Assembly: GCA_030704615.1 (NCBI GenBank)
Contig: CM060732.1
Span: forward strand, 80,600,001 to 80,664,000
Source of the DNA: Takakia lepidozioides
Lineage: Eukaryota; Plantae; Bryophyta
Direction: 5' to 3'
Length of the DNA: 64,000 nt
The translations under genes were made by a program, and so were the position numbers. Positions 51,787 through 64,000 of the stretch are shown here, one piece after another (the stretch's first letter is position 1; the number at the start of each line of letters is the position of its first letter). Under the pieces are notes generated by a model, which was not told the DNA's origin, did not search any database, and saw only the letters and a list, made by a program, of their open reading frames with translations.

Positions 51787-54700
51787 TGTTGGAGATGGAG
51801 ATCCACAACATGGTCATGTAGGATTAACTCTTAGATGCTACTCTTAGATGCTACTACTAGGTTTAATATTTAGCACGTAAGTTAGCAGTTACATAGAGAA
51901 GCCACCCTGCGTAGTGGTGAGCCCAGTTAAGCTTAGCGATCTATGATGACCACCACACTTAGTTGCTGCCCCACTCTCCGAAGGCTTGACCATCCAAGGG
52001 AGAACTTGGACTTCCCTGCAGAGCTGTTTAGAGCTTCAGTATGTAGTGGGCTCTTAGAAAGTTGGAAGTTAGACCTTTTTGCAGTAAGCTTTCCTTACCT
52101 GATCCACTTTATGGTATCAGAGCAGGTTAGTAGTGGGACCCTTTGCTGAACATTAGGACTTCGGATAGCACTTTTGCTAGGTGACAGTAACAACAGCGTG
52201 TATCAGAGGTCTCAAAGCTAGGTGGACTTTCCAACTACAATACTTGGAAGTTCCGTGTTTCCAGCTTGTTACAAAGGGGGGAAGGAGAGTCTGCCGCTGA
52301 CTACGAACGTAGGCGGAAGAAAGCATTGGCGATAATCAGTCTCTCTGTGCGAACGTAGGCGGAAGAAAGCATTGGCGATAATCAGTCTCTCTGTGCGAGA
52401 TGAAATTATTCCACACATCGCAAGGATCACAGATCCAGCGCTCATGTGGCAGACTTTGAAGGACCTGTATGAGCAGAAAAGCGGAGCACGTCGTCTATTG
52501 CTCAAGAGCCGCCTCACCAACATTCGATTGGAGAATGGCGGATCGGTGATAGAGTTCATCAAGCAGCTCAAAGAGATTATCAACCAGCTAGCCAACATCG
52601 GAGAACCTGTCCGTGAAGAGGACCTGGTGGAGCAGATTCTGAATTCTCTACCTGAGAGCTTGGAATCACTGGCATGCACCTTGACCTACCGACCTGAACT
52701 TCCAACGCTCAATGAATTGATTGGTATTCTTCTATTGGACGAAGCCAAGCGAGAAATTCGGGAGGCTCGTGGAAAAAAAACTGACCCTGAGGCTTTGCTG
52801 ATCAAGTCTAAATATAAAAGCCAGCCCACCGACAATAAATATCGGAAGGGGGCCACTGTCAAGCGTGAGGGGAGCTGTAACTTTTGCGGTAAACCTGATC
52901 ATTGGATGCGCAATTGCACTGAATTGTCAAATGAGATCAAGCGTCGTGCTGCAGAACGTCTCAAAAATTCTGTCAACATCATTGAAGACAGTAGCGATGA
53001 GGAGATCGATAATTTTCAGGAGTGCAATGATACTCCCACTAACAATCTAGCTGCAGATATCCTCGAGCTCAACGTAGCTCAGTACCGCGATGCATCTGAT
53101 TGATATGTGGATAGCGGGGCCACTAAGCATGTCTCGGGCAATGACAGTCTTCTATCCAATATCAAAAAGGGAGAAGAAAAATCCAAGGTCAAAACCGCCG
53201 GAGACCTGTACCACCAAGTAGCCGGGAAAGGCAATATTGTGATTCCTGTCAATAATGATGCAATAAAGGAAGAAGTTTTGTATGTCCAGGGTGTATGCAA
53301 GAATTTGCTATTTGTTGGTACCTTGACTGACAAAGGATTTAGACTTCTCTTTGACGACAAGAATGTTTTCTTGCTGAATGCTGGCCTTGAGGTACTCGGT
53401 AAAGGAATTCGTGATCTATCGAATGGCCTTTACAAACTATCAGTGTTGAATGAATCATTCGCAGGCACAGTGGAAAGTAGCACGGACCTCACACGGATCT
53501 GGCATCACCGGTTGGGCCACTTGAATTACAGGAGTTTGAATTTCTTATCACAGAAAGGTCTTGCCGTCAATCTTCCTCAAAATCTATCCATGAGCCATGA
53601 TGTCTGTCATGCATGTGCGCTTGGAAAGCAAAGTCGGGAGAAAGCTCCAAAGAAGATTCTTCACAGAAGTTCATCGCCTCTTGATATGATCCACACTGAT
53701 CTCTGTGGACCATTGTCCACACCCTCTCTCTTTGGAGCTTTGTATGTTCTTACATTTACAGACGTCTATAGTCGGTACTGTTGGGTTTTCTTCCTTCGGA
53801 AGAAAAGTGACACCTTCATCTTGTTCAAGCAATTTAAGTCCAGAGTTGAGAAATAGTTTGGACGTACTATCAAAGTGTTGCGATCAGACAAAGGTGGGGA
53901 GTACTGCTCGACTGCATTCTCAAATTTTTGTGCAGATCATGGCATAACACGACAGTTCACCCAATCTTACAACCCGCATCAAAATGGGATCGCAGAGAGG
54001 AAGAACCGAACTCTGATAGAGCGAGCCAGGAGCTTGGCCTTCGGGGCCCATCTTCCAGCACGTCTTTGGGCAGAGACTGTCAGCACGCCAAATTACCTTG
54101 TCAATATGTCTCCTACCAGGGCGAACAATGGCATCACACCACACCAAAAATTGTTTGGAGCCCCGCCTGATGTCAAACATTTGCGAGTGTTCGGCTGTGT
54201 ATGCTTTGTCCACATCAACTCTCACCGGACCAAATGGTCACCAAAATCCATGAGGTGTGTACTTTTGGCTTATGACACTAGCACCAAGGGCTATAGATGC
54301 TTTTGTCCAGGGATGAGCAAGATAATCATCTCTAAGGATGTTGTTTTTGATGAGGATCACATGCACTATGTCCTAGCTGCTGCTGATAGACAACCACTTG
54401 AAGATCGCAGCATTCATTTCTCATGCCCAACCGATAGCCAACCGGACGGACCACGGCGGGAGCTCCCACAACAAGAGTCTCTTGATTTTTTGGAGCCTTC
54501 TCCAGTCCAAGAACCACCTGAAGGTACTGATGACAACTTGTTCAAAGGATTGCATGACCCAAACTCAGATACTCTTCATGAATCCTTGCCTTCTATGTCA
54601 TCATCTACAGGTCAATCAAGTGCAGACTTAGAGGGTAGTTCTGCTTCGACCTCCAGTATGCACGGGCAACTAGAGGCAGTTCCACCAATACAGGGAGGTG

Positions 54701-56722
54701 TATATACGCGCACTGGCCGAGCCATTCACCCTCCAAGACGATTCCATGATTTCGTGGTGGGTTTGTCTGAAGCTGTCCTAGAACCCACCACTTATGCCGA
54801 AGCATCTCGACACCCAGGATGGGTCGACGCCATGGAAGAGGAAATGGCCTCAATTCACAAGAACAAGCATGGACTCTTGAAGATCTGCCCCCAAGTAGAC
54901 AACCCATTACCACCAAATGGATCTATAAAGTCAAAACACACGCTGATGGAACCACTGCCAAATTGAAGGCGCGTTTGGTGGCTCGTGGTTTCCAACAACG
55001 AGCAAGGGAGGATTTTGATGAGACCTACGCGCCGGTGGCCAAATACAACACCTTGCGAGTTGTTACAGCACTATCAGGTCAGAATGGTTGGCCTATATTT
55101 CACTTAGATGACAAAACTGCCTTCTTAAACGGTGAATTGACAGAGGAAGTGTTTATCCAGCAACATGAAGGCTTCGAGGCTAAGGGGAAAGAGAGCAAGG
55201 TTTGCAAGTTACGTAAGGCCTTGTATGGTCTTCGTCAGGCACCGCGTGCCTAGTACACCAAAATAGACAATTACCTTCAAGAACAAGGATTGAAGCGCAC
55301 GAACTCGGATGGAAACTTATATTACTTCAGAGAAGGAGACAAAATTGTCCTACTCATGCTGTATGTAGATGATGTTTATCTTACTGGTAACCATGACAAC
55401 AAGCTACAATGGATACGATCAGAGATCAAGAAACGTTTTGAGATGACAGACATGGGTCTAATCAAGCACTCTCTTGGGCTTGAGTATTTCTTTCAACTTG
55501 AAGGGATCATTGTGACTGAAAGGGGCTACGCGGCCCAAATGCTGGAAGAATTTGGATATGGGCAATGCAACGCAGCAGTCACGCCCATGCTCCCCGGGCT
55601 CAAACTCAAGATCGACATGGGAGCACCAGCGGTGGACACCCAACTCTATCAACGAATGGTTGGGAAGTTAAACTTTCTTACTCAAACACGGCCGGACGTC
55701 TCTTTCGCCGTGAACATGGTGAGCAGATTCTCCAACCAGCCTCAAACCCCACACATGGACGTCATCGAACATCTATTTAGATATATCAAAGGTATTGTGG
55801 ATTTGGGGATTTGTTACCAGCGAGGGGAGGCAAGCATCCTCACTGGATACTCAGATGCAGACTGGGCCGACGACCTCAACGATCGGAAGTCCACCACAGG
55901 ATATCTGCTCAGACTAGGTTCAAGTCCCATCTCTTGGGGAAGCAGGAAACAGCCATGCACGGCTCTGTCTTCGACAGAAGCTGAGTACATGGCTATGACT
56001 AGTGGTGCTAAGGAGGCGGTGTGGTTAAGGAAGGCTTCTTTCACAACTATAATTCCTTGATGAGAAAGAACCCACGCAAATGATATGTGACAATCAAAGT
56101 GCAATCAAGCTGTCAGAAAATCTAGTTTTTCACGACAGAACGAAGCACATAGAAACATTGACCGCGTCATCGACGTTGTTGACTCAATCAAGCATGGGAA
56201 TGAAGTGCAAACGTCTAAACTAGACCCGGCGAGGGTGAAGGAAGAAAAACTTGCGGCGGAGAGGGCAAGAAAAGGGAAGGACCCCATAGTGAAAACTGGG
56301 GAATGTTCAGTCGTACAAATTATATCGGCCCAGGAACAGGAATTAGAGCAGCTTGTGGGGGAACACGAGCAAGCTAGGGCTGTTGCATATCGGTACTCAA
56401 ATGCCATGCAAATCCGATCGTGACCATGGTTGAAGGGGAATTGGGTGACATGGGCGGGCCATCTAACATCGCGGGAAACACAGATAAAAGAAGCGTTGTC
56501 ATCTTTCCAACGTGCAACACGTTTGTCGAATCGAACCATTTTATTAGGGAAAAAATCACAAGATGAGAGTTGAAAATCAATCACATTCCATCCAGAGATC
56601 AACGGGCAAACATGCTTACTAAGCCATCGGGTCGGACCCTCTTCAACGAGCTTCGAGATGAACTTAGCTTGGTGCGAACAATTGATTTCTGAGAGTAAGC
56701 TTTCCGTACCTGATCCACTTTA
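51787..56722 (+). mobile_element. Ty1/copia LTR retrotransposon, decayed; 3' LTR mostly deleted
   Basis: 5' LTR 51787-52111 (TGTTGG...CCACTTTA); PBS TGGTATCAGAGC at 52112; CNFCGKPDHWMRNC, DSGATKH, WHHRLGH, RSDKGGEY, QNGIAERKNRT, YVDD, YSDADWA; TSD TGGTG at 51782-51786 and 56723-56727. Confidence 0.92.
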
Positions 56723-56870
56723 TGGTGCACCGCATGCACACTCGGTGCACGACCTGGCGGACCATTGGAATCATTTGCATGCAGTCCCTACCACAGATTT
56801 GACAGGAACATAACAATTATGTAGTGCGGATTGCATGTGCAACGGAGCATGCACTAAAGTATGCACTAAA

Positions 56871-57165
56871 ACCATAGCTTCTCTGCCACCACACCATAGC
56901 ATGTATTTTGCTACGCCAAGGCAAATTGCACAACACCCTAGCCCAAATCAAGTGGGGCCATCACAACCAAGAGGAAATGTGGACATTGGTCAAGCACCTC
57001 GGCGGCAGTTGAGGGCTCTTGTAACATTAGAGTATACACTAGAACCATAGCTTCTCTACCACCGCACCATAGCATGTATTTTGCTACGCCAACGCAAATT
57101 GCACAACACCCTAGCTCAAATCAAGAGGGGCCATCACAACCAAGAGGAAATGGTCAAGCACCTCG
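56871..57165. repeat. ~174-bp tandem duplication
   Basis: ACCATAGCTTCTCTRCCACCRCACCATAGCATGTATTTTGCTACGCCAA at ~56871 and ~57044. Confidence 0.85.
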
Positions 57166-57580
57166 AGTGGCCTTTTATAGTCCTATGGTCCAGATAGCCA
57201 AGGGCTCTTGTAACACGTGGTCTCCACCTTATGAATTCAACTCTATTGATGACCCCCACCTTATGAATTCAACTCTGTTGATGACCCTGAGTTGTCTGAG
57301 CTTTGCAATATGTAAGCTTTGCCATCACCGATGATAGTGTAAAGATCATGATCAATCTTGTGTCACATCACGCAGACCTCACTGAAGAAAGAACAACAAA
57401 CCGAAATTCACTCACCCAGTCGGAGATGGAGTCGGACTTAGTCTTCCCTTTGCATGGAAACCATTTGTACTCATTGGCCATAAGCTTGCATCAGCCTTTG
57501 ACAATAGACCTCGCTCCCTGTTTTGATGAAGCCGAAGAGCTGAGAGAAGCAAAACACAGGGAGAGTGCCATTCCTAACTA

Positions 57581-60500
57581 CTACAGGTAAAAAGGCTTGG
57601 AGACATCAAATGCATTTGATGCAGTGAGCTGTGGTTCCTGCAATGTCCACACGCAACGGAAGGCATTAGTCTGCTTCCAAATGATCACTCCACCCTTACT
57701 ATGATGTGTTCCAAACAGTCTCACCAGTTCCAAGACTCAAAAAAAATTGCAGGAGGGGACGTACTTCTACGACAGTGCCAGAGATGTACTAATTAGAACT
57801 ACCTGTGACGTTCGCTATGATCCAGCTTAGAGAGCCCACAGTATCCCTTTCAGAGCTCATCATGGGGTTTTCACCCACAAGGGTATCAAACTTGGTCTGT
57901 GCTCATTCATAACGAAGGAACATCCAGTAACAGGGTTGATTGAGTGTGCATTAAGGGTGACCATGGATACTAAAAGATCATACTAATAAGAGTTGTGGCG
58001 ATTTCAAGACCGCTAATGGAGCCTCTGCCTGACAGACATCTGGCAATGCACTCTGCCAGAGAACAAGGCAAGACCATGGATATTTCGTCTATAGGCTTCT
58101 GTTGTCAATCAAAGACAGCCAGGCAGAACTACCTAAATTACCGACTTGGAGCTCTGTTCCAGAAGCCCGCTCATCAGTTCAGACCCACTCAGTGTTGGGA
58201 ACTAACCTGAGTCTGGCTACCACTGTAGCTCCCACCTTCCAAGAGCATATCCACAAGAGAAGTGGCTGCCTGGTGTTCAGCTTCGTGAATTGCTGAGCGC
58301 ATGGCATTTAAAAGACTGCCATATGTGTTGCCATGGCCACGCTCAATTGCTTGTATGAAACAATATGTCATCTCCCCAGTCGATGTAACTCCTTCTAGAT
58401 CCTGCAAAGAGCCAAGAACTTCTGGCTGAGTGTCTTTCCTGGTCTACCCTAAAGGGGAAGTAACTCTTAAATGTCTAGAGTTCCAGCTCTTGTCATATCA
58501 ACATTAAAGCTTAAAACGACGTCAGCTACTCAATCACTAAGTCACGCCACTGGGTTTGTCACTCATCCAGTCGAGTGATTAGTCCAGGTCCACATAAGCG
58601 CAGAACTTGTCCCAAGACTCTGACTTTGTGAGGGTCCTTGCATGTTGAGCCAATCTCTGATTAGTTGCACAGGGAAACTAATTCGTTACTGTTGAAAGAA
58701 GAGGGAGGTGCTGCCTCATAGGTTCCGATAGAGTCATGCAGAAGCCACAATAATCCTCATAACTACATACTCCACAATGAAAAGAGAAGTATTATTGAGC
58801 TCAATTTTCTGTTCCAATCTTGTGACTGACCTTGAAAGCCACATAACTGTGACTAGGGACTGTGCGCCATACAATATCTGCAACAGCAGATAAATTGAAG
58901 ACAGAAAACTTACGGACGTGTCAATCACACTTTGGTGGTCATCGCACCCACTGAATGAGTAGACTTCCCCGCCTGCTGTTCCCTTCCAAGTTCCGGATGA
59001 TGGACGATGATCTTCCCAGTCAAACTGCCCACACCTGAAACATACATTAAGAAAGGTTGATAGGCAAAATGGAACTTGTAAAAATAGGTGTTAGGCCACA
59101 TGATTCAGTTAAGTGGTTCCAATCACACAGTTCTAACAAAAACACATGGAAAAATGCAAATGCTTGAGCCTTTCATTCTTCTTTCTTCACTGTCACCATA
59201 AAGTTTGGGCTTTACTTGAGAGTTGAAATCTGATTAGATCAGCAGGGAGAGTGAAAGTAGTTTGTCACAGGCCTAAAGGAGGAGACGGTGGAAGGCACTT
59301 CCCTTATTGCCCAAACCTAGGAAGACAATCAGAGGGGTCGGTTAGGGTGTAGTCCTCACCCATTGCATCTGTAGAGAAAGGGCAAATCCAGAACAGTGCC
59401 ACTGTGGCAGGCATCCACAATTGCATGCAGGCGAACACCAGTTGGCAAGGGCCTCACAATTGTTGCATTGATGACATCATCTATGATGGGGCCTGCTGTC
59501 CTGAAGTCAACAGGAACCAGTATCTCATCAAATCCATCAAGCTCTTCTCCATTCAAATTCTTCATTTGGGATCCATGGCCAGAGAAGTGGAAGACAAGAG
59601 AGTCCCCAGATTGACAACCTTGCACCAGCCACTGTAGGGCATTCATTATATTTACCTTCGTTGGTTGTCTAGCAGGGTGTCGCTGCTCCTCTGCACATAC
59701 AAGATGTCCCATAAGTTAGATTACGCTACAAATTTTCTTCCTTTCTTTAATAAAGTGCCATTGCCTTTCTTGTCCCCCCAACCCAAGGACACTTGCAGGC
59801 AGCAGCCAATAGCAAGACGATGAGACTCAGTTAGTAAGAACTGTGGTAATAAAGGACCTGAATCCTATGACAGATAGACTGATGAGACCTAAGATTCGCG
59901 ACTCACAACATATAGGACTTTGTCCAACCCAGACTAATGAAATTGAGAATGTACTCATGAGACATTGTTTGCCATAGCCTTGTGGCCTAAGATCCCGTGC
60001 CCAGTTTTGGCGGAACAAGAGGGAACATACTACCTTTGTGAGAGGCTCACTCCAGTAGTGGGACTGAAATCCCTTCACACAAGCATCAATCTGCTGTGTG
60101 TGAGCTGCCCAGCAATTAGACCCAGCAGGCCCAGGGCTTTGGTCTCAGCCTCGAGATTTTGAAAGTTGGTGGACGAGGGACTGTTCCTGAAGAGGGTCGG
60201 TTTCTGATGAGATACCTTGGACATTGTATCAGAAACTGGATATCGTTCTATGTCAGGCTGTAGTGTGTTTCAAAGGTTTTCACAATCTCAATCATAGAGC
60301 TCGCCACTGCACCCTCATTATTCCTCAAAGCGCGTGCCATATTTTGGGAATTACAAATGCTGTAATTCCAACCAGAATCTGAGGTGGTTCAAGTTTATCC
60401 CATGGTACAATTCTTCCCAATACATTTTCTTCTGAGCCTTTACTAGCTGATGTACATCTTTTCACAGCTGGTAATATGTAGACCACAGCTCGCTGTCATC

Positions 60501-62222
60501 TTTGATGTTACAGGAGTCCCTATAGAGCCCAACTACTGGCAATCTTAAGCTTGATCTCCTTGATCCACCAATTCACTACAGTTAGTTTCCTTCCAATGAT
60601 TGGACATACTATCTTGACCTCTTTCCTCTGGAATTTTGCTATGCGCCACTTTCAAATTCAACATTCCACAGATCTCTTAGTGTTGAGAATACACTTTTTG
60701 ATCTCAGTCCACACCAGAAAGTGGTCAGAAGTACCAACATCGGTTCTATCAACAAACACTTCAGCACACTGAGGAAACAATTCCTTATCCACCATGATAC
60801 GAATCACAATGGACAGTTCCCCAGTTGGGATTTCTTAAGAGTCCACTGCAAAGGGTCTTCTTTTGACCTATTGTTCAAGGTCAAATGCTGAAGCTCTGCC
60901 AGGCAATTGATAAGCAGCTTGCTGTTGGGTCATACTCCCCCAGAAAGCCCAACGACGTTGTCCTGTCGAAGACCCTTGCCCACCCGGGCATTAAAGTCTC
61001 CTAACAAGACCACGTGGCCTTTGGCAAGGAACTTAGCCCAAAAATACGTGAGAGAGAGAGAGAGACAGAACTGACCCTAGAAAATTTTGGCTATTCATAT
61101 CACACTGCACCCATGATACCGAGAGTTTAGGTCAAAAGTAATACATCCAGAAATCTATCCTGGTAGCCTTGTTGCCATAGACACCATGACCAACTTGAAG
61201 ATGGGCAGATCACAAGTAATAAGGGTACACGCGGAAGGGGCGGCACACAAAGAAAGCAGTAAATTAGTTTTATCCTCTTGGAAACCCCATCTAGTGAACA
61301 ACGTACCTGTCAGCATGAGAATAGAGGATTCAGGAAAGTGGAACTTGGTAGTGAGCATGTACTTCATGCAGTTAGCATCATTCAAGCATCCCTTGAGCTC
61401 CACGGGTGTGTTGCGGTATGTGATGCCACAAACCACCGCCCTCTTGGTACCCTGTGAGTTTACTGGCAGCGGTGAATACTGCAAGGGATTTGGAGTTGAA
61501 AGGTGTCGATACAAATGGACACCATTTGTGGGGATTGGAACCAAGGGTTCATGGGGAAGAGTAAGAAAAGGATTTTTTCCTTTGTGACCATGTGAGGAAG
61601 GCTGAGGAGGATGGATAGTGTTTTCCCCTTTGGGCAAAGAAGGGGAGGTGGTCTGAGACTCAGGGGAGGGACAGGGGTCCACCGATGAAGACGGAAGAGA
61701 TGATTGTCCAATGGTTAAAGAGTCGGATGCAGGATGCTCTTTGATGACTGAAGCAGGGGTGCCCAGGTTGAAAGACAGAGAGTGTTTATAGGTTAAAGAG
61801 AAGGGGGGTAAACGCTGGACTCTTCGTGAGAGAGAGTGTTCATATGGAAAATACTGGTGAGGGGTGTGATGTCCACTCAGCAGTGAAGGGGAGCTTGAGG
61901 AATACACATTTAAACCAGAATGGGAGGATGAATCCTTGTGAATCCGAGAATTAGATAAGAAGGACATACTAGTGCAAGAACTACATGATATAAGTTGATG
62001 AACCGCAGCTGAGCATTGACCACTGGATGAAGACAGCAGATATGTTTCGTGTCCACTTGGCAAAGTGTTAGAGGAGGAAGGTTTCGGGGACCGAGGAGCC
62101 TCCAATGAGCAAGTGGCTATGGAAATCACTTCCAAGCAGCTCTCACATACAAAAGCAGGAGCATCTGGGAGTAGTTCCAGTGATTGTCCCCTGTGGCAAT
62201 TGCTACAAATCATATGGCCCAT
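57581..62222 (-). CDS. Type I metacaspase with LSD1-type Zn finger; exons 62222-61307, 59690-59360, 59034-58914, 58401-58207, 57637-57581
   Basis: CSNC...CESC finger, KRAVVCGITY...LKGCLND, catalytic HFSGHG and DACHSG, SGCDDHQ, EPQLTAS...FYL*. All four introns are GT-AG and keep the frame when spliced by hand. Confidence 0.92.
60040..61040 (-). mobile_element. Internally deleted LINE remnant in metacaspase intron 1
   Basis: APE endonuclease motif GHVVLLGDFNARVG at ~60980-61020; ~60040-60170 is the reverse complement of the 15.9/16.5-kb LINE tail (GCAGATTGATGCTTGTGTGAAGGGATTT). Confidence 0.7.
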
Positions 62223-64000
62223 TGAACTCCTCTTCAGCTTTCAGTGTTTAACAACATTCGTTGCTCACTCCAAATTCAATTGTAGATTGTCCATCGGGCT
62301 GCATCTCATTCCACTGGATTCCCACATGTGTCTGTATCTTTTCTAGTACACCTGCAGTCAATACAGCAATAACAAACCATTATCTTAAACGATCATTAAC
62401 AAACAAACAATCGATTCATGACATCAAATGTGGCAGAAAGATCTCTATAAAAATTCTTCCCCCTTCTGCGTCAACCTATCCTACAATACTGCAGTCAAAT
62501 ATGTCGCGTGCCAGGAAAAAATCTTTCATTAACTTATCTGGCTGCATTTTCATGTAGAGATCTTCGTAATCAATCAAGACCAAGCTCTCACCTAATTACT
62601 GCAAGAGATTCGTTGCTCAAGTAATGATAAACACTTATTATGCAATAATACCGCTTCTGCATTCGACACCGCCAGCTACTTCAGGCATCCTCGCTCTCTC
62701 TCTTAACTTGCCCCTGGCAGAGAAGTACTGTGTTCATGCTTGTTCTACCATGTCAGTGTCCATCAAACGATCTGTCTCTCTGCATCTCTCTTCCACCTCG
62801 TAAATTTCCATTTCATCCTTCAACAGCACTACAAAGATGCGATTCCACCTTCATTATGGTCCATCATCCACACCAGAGAGAGATGCTGTAGAAATGCTAA
62901 GCTAAAAGCAAGTACTCACAGGTGAATCAAATGCGCGAGCACTGCTCCCCATCTTTTCGTTTGAATGAAGTTTTCTCGTGAATTGCAGCTACAACAAACA
63001 TCCAGTCTCCTTCATGTGTCTCTTTGTTACCAGTCTGTGAAGGATTGATTCCCACACGCAATTCGATGACGAGACAATGGCTGCGAGTGTAACCTTGACC
63101 GGGGCCTCTTCCCCACACTACAACTCCAATCTTTCACCATGGCCACAGAGGATGGAACTGTCAGTTTCTTCACTCAGGACAACTCTGTTTTGTCTCTTCT
63201 CATCCGCTTCTTCACGGAAAAAATTCATACGCCATAGCTGGCCTGTCCCTAACTTACACCATCGCTACAAATGCAAAGCTGCACCATAACTTCACCAACG
63301 CAGCACGTTCATGCTCGCAGAATCAGCTCCAAACAATGATACCTCCGTCCCGCACATATACAGCAGCTTCAAGTTGCTTCTTGCTTCAAGTTGCACAATT
63401 CTGGTCATTCTCCACAAGCTCCCCCTCCTATCAACTGTGCCTTAGAATTTTGTGTGGCCTCGTTGGAAGGAGGCTGTCGGGCGCAGAGGGGACTATGCTC
63501 TGACATCGGGCCCACCACATTCAGATGCATTCCTTCCGTCACCTCCTTCAGTGAGTGAGCCTGCACCACAGCCAGCCTTTACCAGAATCACCTAAAGTCC
63601 ACCTCCAGTCTATATATAGACGCAGCTTGCGATGTCTTGAGCTTGTTTTGCAGGGCTTCGGTGCTAAAGGTCAACTGGAACAAATCTGCGGCCATCCTAT
63701 CCAGTAACGAAGTAAGATTCCAATCGGAAAATAAAAATCGCGTTAAACCTATGAGCACAAATCAGCTCCGCTTTTCGTGACCATCGGATAACAGGTTAAA
63801 GTTACAGTAGTACTGAAGCAGGGTTATGACCTTCACAGATACGATCTCCAGGGCTTGTTGGCTCTTTGCGAGTCGGAGAGTACTGATTCGTGTCCTCTTA
63901 CATTGTCCAGACCAGTTGTAACCTACCGAAAGAGACACCTTCGTGGCTCGGTCCAGTAAACCCCGACTCTCTTGACAGGCGCCTCAAATCCAGGAAAGTC

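Overview
Eukaryotic land-plant genomic DNA with GT-AG introns and a non-seed-plant (bryophyte-like) look; the organism is inferred, not shown. The first ~38 kb is a nest of transposons: (i) a decayed DUF7869-like DDE DNA transposon (8.1-11.5 kb) lying head-to-head with a decayed NIF/FCP1-type HAD phosphatase-like gene, both carrying the same ACTTCG-N10-CGAAGT palindrome; (ii) tandem LINE 3' fragments; (iii) a CACTA/EnSpm element (17.2-31.9 kb) with a decayed SET-domain-like ORF, interrupted by a young chromodomain Ty3/gypsy (22257-28932, TSD GAAAG); (iv) a second DUF7869-like copy split by a ~5.6-kb inversion (32652-38284). Host-type genes are a secreted precursor with ~8 tandem (V)SPSGPSPSGN motifs (32.9-34.2 kb), a PUB25/26-like U-box/ARM ligase with a frameshift (40.0-41.3 kb), a second small secreted precursor ending SPSGCISGCNSQNGN (50.2-50.6 kb) and an intact five-exon type I metacaspase (57.6-62.2 kb). 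A Ty1/copia with TG...TA ends sits at 51787-56722. The best candidates for something undescribed are an SPSG-motif secreted-peptide family clustered with immunity/cell-death regulators, and DNA transposons carrying SET-like and CTD-phosphatase-like cargo. All family calls come from motif recognition by eye; no searches were run.
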